64,000 bases of DNA from a virus. The notes under the pieces are model-generated. The model saw only the letters and a list, made by a program, of their open reading frames with translations. It had not been told where the DNA came from and did no database searches. Location: the IMG/VR virus record IMGVR_UViG_3300025451_000012, positions 9,671-73,670 of that record. The stretch is one strand, 5' to 3'. This document shows positions 1-8,849 of the stretch, piece after piece (position 1 is the stretch's first letter; each line of letters begins with the position of its first letter). The position numbers and the translations under genes are program-made.

Positions 1-142
1 AAAGTGATGCAAGGGGAACTACCCCATGCGGCAGCAAGTTCAGAGGAAATGGATGAGTTTCTAAAGTTGGTAACGCATGTTGCTATGATTAAAACGGGTG
101 GTAGTGGTTATCAAACTGCTACCATTCAATAAAGGAGTTAGT

Positions 143-430
143 ATGATTTTTGGATGGCGTAAACGGCAAATTGCCAACACGGTTGATGCAGCTATTAACG
201 AGGAACCAACTGCAATTCCAGTTATACCTAAGGTAGTTGCTCCTCGCGACCCGATGAAGGATGATGCAGTGTACACAATCGGACGTAACCCTGCCGGCTA
301 TATTCAACTGCGTATGACCGGCGATGGCTACACCGCATCTACACTGACAATGAGTACAAGTGCAGTCCGATCTCTGATCCGGCAGCTTGAAGCAGCAATT
401 CCCGAAGAGGAAGACGAATCTAATGATTGA
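143..430 (+). CDS. hypothetical early protein (start refined from track ORF 98..430; AAGGAG RBS 7 nt upstream of ATG 143)
   Basis: ORF track; strong SD aaggag before ATG at 143. Confidence 0.5.
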   Translation: MIFGWRKRQIANTVDAAINEEPTAIPVIPKVVAPRDPMKDDAVYTIGRNPAGYIQLRMTGDGYTASTLTMSTSAVRSLIRQLEAAIPEEEDESND

Positions 431-818
431 GTGTTTACTGTTAGGTGATAGTATTGCAGTTGGCGTAGCACAGTATCGCCCTGAGTGTGAAGTTCATGCT
501 AAGGTGGGAATTAATAGTCGCAACTATGTTGATAGAAATATCACAAAGGATCTTGCAGCCAAAACAGTAATTATCAGTTTGGGGTCAAATGATTCCAAAA
601 ACATGAAAACTCTTGCAGAGTTGTTTGTACTTAGAGAAGTGGTTGATGCAAAAAGAGTATATTGGATCGTCCCTGCAATAAATGCAAACGCACAAGAGGC
701 AGTGAAAATTGTTGCTGGCAAGTTTGAGGATAAGATTTTGTTCATTCCTCAACTTTCAAAAGACAAAGTTCATCCTACAACAAATGGTTACAAAGAATTA
801 GCAAACAGTACACGGTGA
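423..818 (+). CDS. SGNH/GDSL-family hydrolase (start refined to internal ATG overlapping upstream stop, ATGA-type coupling)
   Basis: GDS motif LLLGDSIAVG, block III SLGSND, DxxH-like DKVHPT; RBS GAGGAAG upstream of ATG 423. Confidence 0.55.
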   Translation: MIECLLLGDSIAVGVAQYRPECEVHAKVGINSRNYVDRNITKDLAAKTVIISLGSNDSKNMKTLAELFVLREVVDAKRVYWIVPAINANAQEAVKIVAGKFEDKILFIPQLSKDKVHPTTNGYKELANSTR

Positions 819-823
819 AGAAA

Positions 824-1288
824 ATGGCAAAATGTTATCAATTAGTCGGAGTGCCCGCAGCAGGTAAAAGTACTTGGATCAAGAACCAAGCCTGGGCTAG
901 TGATTGTACTATTGTATCTACCGACATGTGGGTTGACATGGAAGCCGAACGACTTGGACTAACCTATAACGAAGTGTTCAAAGACTATATGCCACAAGCC
1001 GTAAAGCTAATGGCTATTCAAGTTGAGAATGCTCGGGACCTGGGCCGAGATATCATATGGGACCAAACTTCTACTACAGTTAATAGCCGTAAAAAGAAGT
1101 TTAATATGTTGCGTGATTATGAGCATGTTGCTGTGGTGTTCCGCACACCCGTACGTGACGAGTTAGATGTGCGATTGAGTGGTCGCTTTGGTAAACACAT
1201 TCCGAAAAATGTTGTTGATAGTATGATTGCAGGTTGGCAAGAACCAACTAAGGATGAAGGATTTATTGAGGTACGATATGTGGATTGA
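824..1288 (+). CDS. polynucleotide 5'-hydroxyl kinase domain protein (T4 PseT kinase-domain-like P-loop NTPase)
   Basis: Walker A GVPAAGKSTW; collinear similarity to T4 Pnk kinase domain (DQTSTTVN~DTNLNP, VFRTPVRDEL~VFDVPWTEL, KHIPKNVVDSM~KAVPIDVLRSM); no HAD phosphatase domain. Confidence 0.6.
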   Translation: MAKCYQLVGVPAAGKSTWIKNQAWASDCTIVSTDMWVDMEAERLGLTYNEVFKDYMPQAVKLMAIQVENARDLGRDIIWDQTSTTVNSRKKKFNMLRDYEHVAVVFRTPVRDELDVRLSGRFGKHIPKNVVDSMIAGWQEPTKDEGFIEVRYVD

Positions 1289-1742
1289 GAATGTAGCTGC
1301 TAGTGATATCCCAACTCGCTTCCATCATGAAGCAGGTGAGAACTCTATGCTGATTAGCATTACAGATCCTGCAGGTTGGAAGCCAGAAGCAAAGCACGTG
1401 TTCAAGGAACGTCATAACTTTGAGTTCCTTGACATTGAATTGCATGACTATGCATTGGAAGAAGAAATGCGTTGCAGCCAAGAACAAGCTAACGAGTTGG
1501 TTCGATTGCTGCAACATGCAAAAGACAATCGCATGAACGTGGTTGTTCACTGTACTATGGGCATTTGCCGTAGTGGTGCAGTTTGCGAAGTCGGTGTAAT
1601 GATGGGATTTGAAGACACTGGAAGATTTCGTAGCCCTAACTTGTTAGTCAAGCATCGTATGATGAAGGCATTGGGTTGGACATATGATGAAAACGAAAAG
1701 CCAAACTTAGATGATTGGCGAACTTTTAAGAATGATTTTTAA
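1278..1742 (+). CDS. Cys-based (CX5R) protein-tyrosine/dual-specificity-type phosphatase
   Basis: classical PTP signature VVHCTMGICRSGA (VHCxxGxxRSG); start refined to ATG 1278 overlapping upstream stop. Confidence 0.65.
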   Translation: MWIENVAASDIPTRFHHEAGENSMLISITDPAGWKPEAKHVFKERHNFEFLDIELHDYALEEEMRCSQEQANELVRLLQHAKDNRMNVVVHCTMGICRSGAVCEVGVMMGFEDTGRFRSPNLLVKHRMMKALGWTYDENEKPNLDDWRTFKNDF

Positions 1743-1960
1743 TGTTTAAAGTAAAAGGTAAGACTGTTTCATTTGATGCAATGACATTGGATGAAGCAAT
1801 GCACACCGCTAAAGTAATGAACGAGTTTGTGACCATCACCGGTCCAGACTTTGAAATCGTAGGTATGTTCGGAGTTGATACTATCAAAGACGGCAAATGT
1901 CCAGATGGGGTTGCATACGACTGGAATAAGGCTAGTCGGATCGGACAGACCAAACGATGA
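1742..1960 (+). CDS. hypothetical small early protein
   Basis: ORF track; ATG overlaps upstream stop (TAATG). Confidence 0.5.
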   Translation: MFKVKGKTVSFDAMTLDEAMHTAKVMNEFVTITGPDFEIVGMFGVDTIKDGKCPDGVAYDWNKASRIGQTKR

Positions 1961-2027
1961 TTTATCTGCCCGAAAGTACTTGCTTCATTATTGTATTGAG
2001 TGTTATAATGACGCTAGAGAAATATAT

Positions 2028-2306
2028 ATGATCCATCTTAACCTCACAATTCAAAATCCATGGAGTAACACATTCAAAACTGTGTTTGTTAAAGCCGGCC
2101 AACTAACTAAAAACAAGTCTTGGGAAATTGAATGTTACCGATGTGGTGTGTTAATTAGTTTTAGCTTTGAGATGACTTTCCGTAGAGACCACGGAGGACT
2201 CTGCATAGAGATGGGGTTTTTGGGATACACAATCGGTGCACAAATTTATGACAACCGACACTGGAACAGTGGAACAAATACTTGGGTGAAACATGACAAT
2301 GACTAA
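2028..2306 (+). CDS. hypothetical protein (start refined from 1875 to internal ATG 2028 to avoid long overlap)
   Basis: ORF track frame; weak promoter-like TTGCTT..TATAAT in the 68-bp gap upstream. Confidence 0.4.
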   Translation: MIHLNLTIQNPWSNTFKTVFVKAGQLTKNKSWEIECYRCGVLISFSFEMTFRRDHGGLCIEMGFLGYTIGAQIYDNRHWNSGTNTWVKHDND

Positions 2307-2526
2307 AGAAGAAGTAATCCACATGATGTGCCTAGAGTACAGGCATGATTTTGGATTGCGAAAACAACCTACTGACCCTTCTTGGGAAGCAGGGATGACA
2401 GAGCGTGATGCCAAAATACTTTACAGTGTAATGGAATTCATCTATAATGAAATTATCAAATTAGCAGACTTACAAACCCTTAAAGGAAAACAAAATGCAA
2501 CTAAAAGACGTAAACGAAAGTCTTGA
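2293..2526 (+). CDS. hypothetical basic protein
   Basis: ORF track. Confidence 0.45.
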   Translation: MTMTKEEVIHMMCLEYRHDFGLRKQPTDPSWEAGMTERDAKILYSVMEFIYNEIIKLADLQTLKGKQNATKRRKRKS

Positions 2527-2992
2527 ACATCGTATCAATGGCGGCAGCGAATATGGCTGGAAGTGTTACGGTCCTAACGCCCGCTTTCTAGATTATGAAA
2601 GTGCTTATGCAACTGGGTCATGCGTATTTGATACGACAGATCAAGTAGTCTACGAAATTCATGTTGAAATCAAAGATTCAGAACAAAAGCCTTATCGTTG
2701 GTTGAATCCTCTGTTTAAGAATGTTATGTATGAGGAAGCATCGTACCGTACAATAGATGCAGACCAAGCATGGGATGATGTTAAGTGGATTGACTTGGAG
2801 ACAGAAGAAGACTTCCTAGAAAAAGCAAGTGCTATTTTCAAAGGTGAAGACTTTGACAAACGTGTTAGTGTGCCGATCAATTTATCCAAAGATGAATTGT
2901 TTACTATGATGCAACTTGCGCACGAGAAAGATATCACACTCAATGAGTTAGTGGTTGAAATTTTACAAGCAGTGATTGATAAACATGAATGA
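2495..2992 (+). CDS. hypothetical acidic protein
   Basis: ORF track; RBS aaagga before ATG. Confidence 0.55.
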   Translation: MQLKDVNESLEHRINGGSEYGWKCYGPNARFLDYESAYATGSCVFDTTDQVVYEIHVEIKDSEQKPYRWLNPLFKNVMYEEASYRTIDADQAWDDVKWIDLETEEDFLEKASAIFKGEDFDKRVSVPINLSKDELFTMMQLAHEKDITLNELVVEILQAVIDKHE

Positions 2993-3275
2993 TGCGGTAG
3001 CTAGTATTTTTACTTGGATCAAAGATGACTATAAAACTTACCCTGTTCGTTTTGTCGTTGAAATTATGGCTTGGGCTATTTCAATCGCGTGTTCGATCAC
3101 AATGGCGCTCACTGTACCCAATCCGCCTCTTATCTATCTTTATCCTATATGGATTTGTGGCTGCGCTATGTACGGTTGGGCTGCTTATACTCGTAAATCG
3201 TTTGGTATGATTGCAAATTATTTGTTGCTTGTCACTATTGACAGCATTGGTTTAATTAGAATGTTGGTAAATTAA
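2976..3275 (+). CDS. hypothetical membrane protein
   Basis: ORF track; 2-3 predicted TM helices (WAISIACSITMALTV, IWICGCAMYGWAAY). Confidence 0.5.
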   Translation: MINMNDAVASIFTWIKDDYKTYPVRFVVEIMAWAISIACSITMALTVPNPPLIYLYPIWICGCAMYGWAAYTRKSFGMIANYLLLVTIDSIGLIRMLVN

Positions 3276-3276
3276 T

Positions 3277-3747
3277 ATGAATGAAAATAAAACTTTTACA
3301 GTTATCGTTGAGGAAGATCCTGAGACAGGTGATCTAATTCTTCCCTTCCCCGAAGGTCTGTGTGATCAGCTGGGCTGGGAAATTGATGATACTCTCAACT
3401 GGGAACCCAATGATGATGGTTCGTTTACTCTGTCTAAGAAGGTAGAAACTCAATGGGTTCTCGTTGAATGCGTTAGTACGTTCCGCGACCGCTATATGGT
3501 CGAAGTTCCTATTGGTGTTGATGATTTCGGTAAAGATAAATCTACATGGGCATTGGATACCGTAACGATGGAAGAAGCCAAGACATTCAGTTCAGAGCAT
3601 TTAGGTGAACAAATTGTGTCGCATCGTGTTGTTACTAAGGCAGAGGCACTGACCTTGTGTGACAAAGATAATGACTACACTACTTCTTGGGATGAAGAAA
3701 CTAAGATCAAAAACTTCTTTACAACTTGGAAAGAACAAGGGCAATAA
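3277..3747 (+). CDS. hypothetical acidic protein
   Basis: ORF track; tight packing. Confidence 0.55.
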   Translation: MNENKTFTVIVEEDPETGDLILPFPEGLCDQLGWEIDDTLNWEPNDDGSFTLSKKVETQWVLVECVSTFRDRYMVEVPIGVDDFGKDKSTWALDTVTMEEAKTFSSEHLGEQIVSHRVVTKAEALTLCDKDNDYTTSWDEETKIKNFFTTWKEQGQ

Positions 3748-4071
3748 ATGGCACAAGCAATTCAAATGACCCATACTAAAACTGGTATCGTCAAAGACGG
3801 ATACATTGGTTTTAGCTATAGCTATTTCTTTCTAGGCATCTTTAGTCTAGGATGGATTGTACCGCTTTATCGTGGTAATCTCGTAATGTCATTGATTTGT
3901 CTAATCTTTCACATGTTCACATTACCACTGTGGATGCTTACTGCATTGATGTTCGGGTTGTTCTTTAACAAATTCTACACATTGCGACTTATCGAAGAAG
4001 GTTACCGATTCACTGACAGTGATGAGGAACTTGTCGCCCGAGCAAAAACAATTTTAGGAGTATCAAAATAA
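3748..4071 (+). CDS. hypothetical membrane protein
   Basis: ORF track; TM helices; ATG immediately after upstream stop. Confidence 0.55.
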   Translation: MAQAIQMTHTKTGIVKDGYIGFSYSYFFLGIFSLGWIVPLYRGNLVMSLICLIFHMFTLPLWMLTALMFGLFFNKFYTLRLIEEGYRFTDSDEELVARAKTILGVSK

Positions 4072-4403
4072 TGGAAACTGGTAACTGGGTTAATACAGAT
4101 GTTGCGATTACTGATGAGATGGAACCTAAACTGCACGAGTGGCTTAAGGGAATGCTAGCAATCGGTGAAGCAACTATTACTTTCACTAAAGTTGATGGCA
4201 CGGAGCGAGTAATGAAATGCACATTGGAAGCAAGCAAGCTACCTGTAGTTGAATTGAAAGAAGGTGCAAAGCCCCGCAAACAATCTGATAGTACAAAGGC
4301 ATTGCGTGTCTTTGACTTAGAAAAAAATGAGTGGCGCGCATTCACTATCAAAAATATCAAACGCATTGAATTCTCATTAGGAGAAAGTAATGATCCGGTA
4401 TGA
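4071..4403 (+). CDS. hypothetical protein
   Basis: ORF track; TAATG overlap. Confidence 0.55.
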   Translation: METGNWVNTDVAITDEMEPKLHEWLKGMLAIGEATITFTKVDGTERVMKCTLEASKLPVVELKEGAKPRKQSDSTKALRVFDLEKNEWRAFTIKNIKRIEFSLGESNDPV

Positions 4404-4626
4404 TGAAACTACGTCAGTCAAATGTGTTGACAACAACCAAACTGTAACTGCTGAGGTACTTGACTTTAAACCTAATGTGCTACTCAGCATCAGCCTTGAT
4501 CGGAGCATCAAATTGGTGTTGAAGTACAATGTTAAAAGTGACGAGTACCAGGGAGATTTGTATGGAAGAACTTTTATCAGCAAAGGTCCAAAAGGTAAAC
4601 ACTACACCACTGGTCGCCAAGGTTGA
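4390..4626 (+). CDS. hypothetical protein
   Basis: ORF track. Confidence 0.45.
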   Translation: MIRYDETTSVKCVDNNQTVTAEVLDFKPNVLLSISLDRSIKLVLKYNVKSDEYQGDLYGRTFISKGPKGKHYTTGRQG

Positions 4627-4651
4627 CAATAAATACTCATTGTGTTATACT
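4623..4651 (+). promoter_or_regulatory. sigma70-type early promoter (TTGACA-17-TATACT)
   Basis: read directly from sequence; member of the repeated early-promoter family. Confidence 0.6.
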
Positions 4652-4815
4652 ATGAGTTATGAAAAAGGTAATATCTTTCACTGTTGAACAGCCCAAACAT
4701 CGGGCACATAGGGTGCTTTTCTGCGAGAACACCCCGTTCAAACCTAAGGTTGTCCAATCCAAAGTGCAGTACCGTCGTAAGAATAAGCACTGCAATCGCC
4801 CTGAGACCTAAAAGG
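4652..4815 (+). ncRNA. candidate small non-coding RNA / leader region between two early promoters
   Basis: ~160 nt with no convincing ORF, immediately downstream of promoter 4623..4651; contains GGGTG...CACCC stem; speculative. Confidence 0.2.
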
Positions 4816-4844
4816 TTGACATTAAATGGTTTCCGTGATACAAT
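4816..4844 (+). promoter_or_regulatory. early promoter (TTGACA-17-TACAAT)
   Basis: sequence. Confidence 0.6.
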
Positions 4845-4873
4845 ACATGTATTGAAACGATAAGGAACTGGAA

Positions 4874-5020
4874 ATGAACTTCACGCTGATTACATCAAAT
4901 GGTAAAGTTCTCACATTTTTCGTCAAAGCCGTAGCTGAAACGTATCAGCAAGCATACGGTGGTGTTATCGTCACAAACACAATTCTCACACAAAAGGAAA
5001 TTCAAAATGTCTCTTAAACT
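4874..5020 (+). CDS. small ORF (48 aa) not in track; translationally coupled to next gene (TAA overlaps ATGTCTCTTAAA)
   Basis: RBS aaggaactggaaATG; own translation MNFTLITSNGKVLTFFVKAVAETYQQAYGGVIVTNTILTQKEIQNVS. Confidence 0.3.
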
Positions 5021-5249
5021 CAAAGCTCTACTCATTCTGGCTGGATTCATGGCTGGTACAGTCGCCGCAGCAGGCCTAGTACATTACATTGCACACAATG
5101 TCTCTGTGGAGACAATTCAAACTGCATTTTCAGTCGGTATAATGAGTGTACTATTGTACACCGTGTATGGATTAATCCTTTCTAAGTTGGAACATGATAA
5201 AAAAATTGACGAAATCTCTGCAAATATCAACAAAATTACTTCCAAATAA
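5007..5249 (+). CDS. hypothetical single-pass membrane protein (start refined from 4959)
   Basis: RBS aaaaggaaattcaaaATG; TM segment LKALLILAGFMAGTVAAAGLV. Confidence 0.5.
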   Translation: MSLKLKALLILAGFMAGTVAAAGLVHYIAHNVSVETIQTAFSVGIMSVLLYTVYGLILSKLEHDKKIDEISANINKITSK

Positions 5250-5497
5250 TGAGTAAGACTATTCCAGAAGATCACCGAGACCTTCTGGGTCGTACTGTGG
5301 CAGAGGGTGATGCAGTCGCATACACCCATCACAATAGCCTTTATGTGGGTAAGGTTATCAAAATCACACCCAAGCAAGTTCGTGTCGTTGATATGCTATC
5401 AAAATACCGTGATGATACTGGTTACCTAAAGTACACGTGTCAATGCGTACTGATCGGCGGCCCTGACCTAACAATGCACCTATTGAAGAACCTATAA
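5249..5497 (+). CDS. hypothetical protein
   Basis: ORF track; TAATG coupling. Confidence 0.5.
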   Translation: MSKTIPEDHRDLLGRTVAEGDAVAYTHHNSLYVGKVIKITPKQVRVVDMLSKYRDDTGYLKYTCQCVLIGGPDLTMHLLKNL

Positions 5498-5502
5498 AAA
5501 GG

Positions 5503-5531
5503 TTGACGGTAAATGGTTTCGGTGCTATAAT
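5503..5531 (+). promoter_or_regulatory. early promoter (TTGACG-17-TATAAT) with conserved leader
   Basis: sequence. Confidence 0.65.
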
Positions 5532-5563
5532 AGAATCTTAGACAGTAAAGAACAGGAACTAAA

Positions 5564-5851
5564 ATGCGTGAAAAACACAGTCCAACAATCAGTGCAGCAT
5601 ACATCAAGGACAAGAAGTGGTTCAAAAAGTATAGCGACTACGACAATCAACCGGTTGCTTGGTTTATCTATGACCCTGAAGGTTATGACCAGTGCGGCTA
5701 CGATGAGGACGAGATTGACCGCGCAGGCAATACAGAGTCTGCCTACTACTATCTAGCGGATGATGGCACTGAAGGTGATTGCAACGACTTCTATGAGGAG
5801 ATAGCAAATGAATGGACTTTTGATGGGGTGAAACCTGTTAAAAAAGGTTGA
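5564..5851 (+). CDS. hypothetical acidic protein
   Basis: ORF track; conserved leader/RBS cagtaaagaacaggaactaaaATG. Confidence 0.55.
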   Translation: MREKHSPTISAAYIKDKKWFKKYSDYDNQPVAWFIYDPEGYDQCGYDEDEIDRAGNTESAYYYLADDGTEGDCNDFYEEIANEWTFDGVKPVKKG

Positions 5852-5876
5852 CAATAAATCACTTTGGGTATATAAT
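5848..5876 (+). promoter_or_regulatory. early promoter (TTGACA-17-TATAAT)
   Basis: sequence. Confidence 0.65.
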
Positions 5877-5908
5877 AGAATCTTAAACAGTCGAAACAAG
5901 GAATCAAA

Positions 5909-6181
5909 ATGACTTTGCAAGAAATCAATCGTTCTATCATCGCAGGCACTTTCTCTAACGAAGACCTGAATTCAATCAATGATGCAATCAAATTTGCTCG
6001 TGGTCAAATCGCAACGAAAAACAAATTCACCCTAGTCAAGGGCTCACAAGTAAAATTCACTAGCTCACGCTCCGGTCAGACTGTGATTGGTTCAGTTGAA
6101 AAGGTGAATCGTAAATTCATTATCGTCAAGTCTGGTATGACCAACTGGCGTGTCCCTGCAAACATGTTGTCTGCTGCTTAA
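5909..6181 (+). CDS. hypothetical protein
   Basis: ORF track; conserved leader. Confidence 0.55.
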   Translation: MTLQEINRSIIAGTFSNEDLNSINDAIKFARGQIATKNKFTLVKGSQVKFTSSRSGQTVIGSVEKVNRKFIIVKSGMTNWRVPANMLSAA

Positions 6182-6203
6182 TTTTTAAACTCTAGGAAAA
6201 ATC

Positions 6204-6419
6204 ATGGAAAAAGTTGTCGTTGTCGTTGGTGCAGTTGTTCTTGGTATCATGGGCATTCTGTTTCTCAGTTTCTTGCTGAGTTGGCCGGTGTACATGTTGT
6301 GGAACGGTTGCTTGGTCGGCGCCATCGCAGGAGTGGCCGAAGTGACTTGGTTGCAAGCATGGGGCTTGACCGTACTGAGTGGTTTCTTGTTTAAATCTAC
6401 CGTGAGCAAATCAAAATGA
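6204..6419 (+). CDS. hypothetical membrane protein
   Basis: ORF track; RBS taggaaaaatcATG; two TM segments. Confidence 0.5.
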   Translation: MEKVVVVVGAVVLGIMGILFLSFLLSWPVYMLWNGCLVGAIAGVAEVTWLQAWGLTVLSGFLFKSTVSKSK

Positions 6420-6583
6420 GCCGAATGTCTGAACTCTACTACGATATTGAACTGATGCTGGAACAGGGCGATTCACCTGTCAAAATCGCTCAATATCTAC
6501 AAGTGCCCATCAAATGGGTGTACGAAGTTTCCGAGTCTTCGGATGAAGAACTGAGTCCATTCAAAACTGTCAACTCTTAAGGT
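6416..6583 (+). CDS. small ORF (~55 aa) not in track; possible HTH-like protein
   Basis: ATGA overlap with upstream stop; own translation MSRMSELYYDIELMLEQGDSPVKIAQYLQVPIKWVYEV... Confidence 0.35.
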
Positions 6584-6596
6584 TCCTATGCTTATC

Positions 6597-6734
6597 CTCA
6601 ATTTATTGTGCCTCATAGCCTGTGCCTACTTTGTAGCTATAGACAGAACTTGGAGTCTTGCATGGTGGATAAGCGGAATCGGAGTCATTTTCAACACCTT
6701 CGCAGTGCTTACCGTTCTAGCCTAAATTTGACAT
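6597..6734 (+). CDS. small hydrophobic peptide ORF (45 aa) not in track
   Basis: own translation MLILNLLCLIACAYFVAIDRTWSLAWWISGIGVIFNTFAVLTVLA; weak RBS. Confidence 0.25.
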
Positions 6735-6756
6735 TAAATGGATATTCTGCTATAAT
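6728..6756 (+). promoter_or_regulatory. early promoter (TTGACA-17-TATAAT); overlaps 3' end of preceding small ORF
   Basis: sequence. Confidence 0.6.
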
Positions 6757-6789
6757 ACATACATAGACAGTAAAGAACAGGACATTGAA

Positions 6790-7011
6790 ATGCGTACAGA
6801 ACTCGGACAAGTGGCTCAAAGCAAATTCAACAATAAGTGGAGTATTACCCTAGTAAGTTACAAGGGTATTCCCGGACAAGAATATGTCTGCTCTGAGGTT
6901 GAAAGTGCTGCGGTTTTTGCTACAGAAGACGAAGCATACGCAGGCGGAACTCGTGCCCTTGATATTCTTGAAGAAACCGGTGTCTTCCCTAACATGTGTG
7001 AAGCATTTTAA
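6790..7011 (+). CDS. hypothetical protein
   Basis: ORF track; conserved leader. Confidence 0.55.
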   Translation: MRTELGQVAQSKFNNKWSITLVSYKGIPGQEYVCSEVESAAVFATEDEAYAGGTRALDILEETGVFPNMCEAF

Positions 7012-7024
7012 AGGTTGACATTAA

Positions 7025-7053
7025 ATGGTTTCGGTGATATAATAGAATCTTAA
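7025..7053 (+). promoter_or_regulatory. early promoter (TTGACA-17-TATAAT), consensus copy
   Basis: sequence. Confidence 0.7.
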
Positions 7054-7076
7054 ACAGTAAAGAACAGGACTATCAA

Positions 7077-7487
7077 ATGGCTTACATGAATCAAGAACGC
7101 AAAGCAGAACGTGCCCCAGCTATCAAAGCAATTTTGAAAAAGTACAACGTCAAAGGTTCGCTTGCTGTGCGCAATCACATGACTTTGGTTTTGAACATCA
7201 AGAGTGGTTCTATTGATTTTATCGGCAACTTCAACGATACCGTTAGTGCTGATCCGTATCTCTCTGCACGAGGTTTCAATAAAGCGGAAAAGTCTCTGGA
7301 CGTGAATCCTTATCACTATCAAAATCATTTCAGCGGTGACGCTAAAGCATTCATGCAAGAAGTTTTTGCAGTTATGAATGGTGGCAATCACGACCGCAGC
7401 GACATTCAAACCGACTACTTTGACGTGGGCTGGTACGTTGACGTGAACGTTGGTCAATGGAACAAACCTTACACAGTTGGTGCATAA
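7077..7487 (+). CDS. hypothetical protein
   Basis: ORF track; conserved leader. Confidence 0.55.
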   Translation: MAYMNQERKAERAPAIKAILKKYNVKGSLAVRNHMTLVLNIKSGSIDFIGNFNDTVSADPYLSARGFNKAEKSLDVNPYHYQNHFSGDAKAFMQEVFAVMNGGNHDRSDIQTDYFDVGWYVDVNVGQWNKPYTVGA

Positions 7488-7642
7488 TATGAACAGTTAT
7501 CGGGTCCGAGTTTTTATGAGTGAATCCTACTATCAGGATATGGTCCTTTCAGGTGATACTTGCTGGGTTGCAGAAGGTATGGGGCGAGGTATGAGCCCAA
7601 TCGGTAAGGCAATCTTTTTGGGCGAAGCCTAATAAAAACGGC

Positions 7643-7671
7643 TTGACACAAAAAGTGTTTGGTGTTATAAT
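7643..7671 (+). promoter_or_regulatory. early promoter (TTGACA-17-TATAAT)
   Basis: sequence. Confidence 0.65.
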
Positions 7672-7701
7672 TAATTTTTAAACTTCCTTAAAGGAAATGA
7701 T

Positions 7702-7953
7702 ATGACAACTAATGATGAGTACTATGCAGGTATGATTGAAGGTGTACTTGATGGTTTTGCTTTGCGAAAAACGCAAGAAATTCCAAGAACTAATGTATCT
7801 GCCGGCGCCAAAGCCCTAATGAGTGTAGTTGAAGGGACAGAAAATCCCAAAACTATCCCTGGACCTAAAATGACAGCCATAATGGGAAGTTGGGGCACAC
7901 GTAACGATTATGTATTGGTTCCGGGAACGCACCCGAAACTTGTTCGCAACTAA
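7702..7953 (+). CDS. hypothetical protein
   Basis: ORF track; RBS aaaggaaatgatATG. Confidence 0.5.
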   Translation: MTTNDEYYAGMIEGVLDGFALRKTQEIPRTNVSAGAKALMSVVEGTENPKTIPGPKMTAIMGSWGTRNDYVLVPGTHPKLVRN

Positions 7954-7971
7954 TAATGGGTAACACACTGC

Positions 7972-8000
7972 TTGACAATAATGCCAAACTGTGTTATCAT
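7972..8000 (+). promoter_or_regulatory. early promoter (TTGACA-17-TATCAT)
   Basis: sequence. Confidence 0.55.
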
Positions 8001-8061
8001 TGTAACAGTGCTGATGATATCGGCACATTTTTAAACTTAGCTCTTATCTATAAGGAACACA

Positions 8062-8454
8062 ATGGCTAATCAATCTTTCAAAGTCGCTGGTATCACTACA
8101 CATGGTACTTCTACAAAAGTTCGCTTCACGGATGACCTCGTTCGTCGGGTGAAACAATTCTCTAAAGGTGGTGCATCACGCATTGACTTGATGGAGTTGC
8201 CTACTTCAATGACAAAACTTGAGGCACTTGCGTATCTGCAAGCACACGCTGATTTTCAATCCCCGTCCGATCAGGCTACGATCAATGATGCGATTGAGGA
8301 CCGTTCTAAGGAAGCAAACAAAGGTATCGTCAAGGTCAAAGTGACTAAGGCAAAAGCAAAGCCTAGCATTGATGCAATCAAGGCACGTGCTAAGAAAGAA
8401 TTGACCCCCGAACAAGTGCTTGCACAAGCATTGCACAACGTGGACCCAGCATAA
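8062..8454 (+). CDS. hypothetical Lys/Ala-rich protein
   Basis: ORF track; RBS taaggaacacaATG. Confidence 0.55.
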   Translation: MANQSFKVAGITTHGTSTKVRFTDDLVRRVKQFSKGGASRIDLMELPTSMTKLEALAYLQAHADFQSPSDQATINDAIEDRSKEANKGIVKVKVTKAKAKPSIDAIKARAKKELTPEQVLAQALHNVDPA

Positions 8455-8642
8455 TGAAACTCTCTACTAAACTTGCAAAGTGCGGTGATAGCCTGACTGT
8501 CAACATGTACGACAACGGCTTCATGGTTGAAGTGTCCGGTCGTGACGATAAAGACGACTGGAAGACTGCAAAGGTCATGTGTACTACATTGGATGAAGTC
8601 TACGCAGTTATCAAAGACGCTACCGACATGCCCCGCGAATAA
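8454..8642 (+). CDS. hypothetical protein
   Basis: ORF track; TAATG coupling. Confidence 0.45.
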   Translation: MKLSTKLAKCGDSLTVNMYDNGFMVEVSGRDDKDDWKTAKVMCTTLDEVYAVIKDATDMPRE

Positions 8643-8849
8643 ATGATCTTAACCACATTCCGTAAAGCGTTTGCTGAACGCCGAGAGTTCAATCCAGCTG
8701 ACAAAAAAGATTTAGCTGAATTGAAATACTTTAAGGTAAATGGTAAATGGAAACAGGGTTGCCCCTTCTATTTGGAAGACCCCTACATTGAAGTGCCTGC
8801 AATGTGTGATCATAAATTTACAAATTACATGCTAATGAAAGTAAAATAA
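8643..8849 (+). CDS. hypothetical protein
   Basis: ORF track. Confidence 0.45.
   Translation: MILTTFRKAFAERREFNPADKKDLAELKYFKVNGKWKQGCPFYLEDPYIEVPAMCDHKFTNYMLMKVK

Noticed and set aside
4700-4760. tRNA-like T-loop sequence GTTCAAACC near 4740
   Set aside because: No flanking complementary T-stem or acceptor stem could be drawn, and I could not recognise any tRNA or cloverleaf anywhere in the window.
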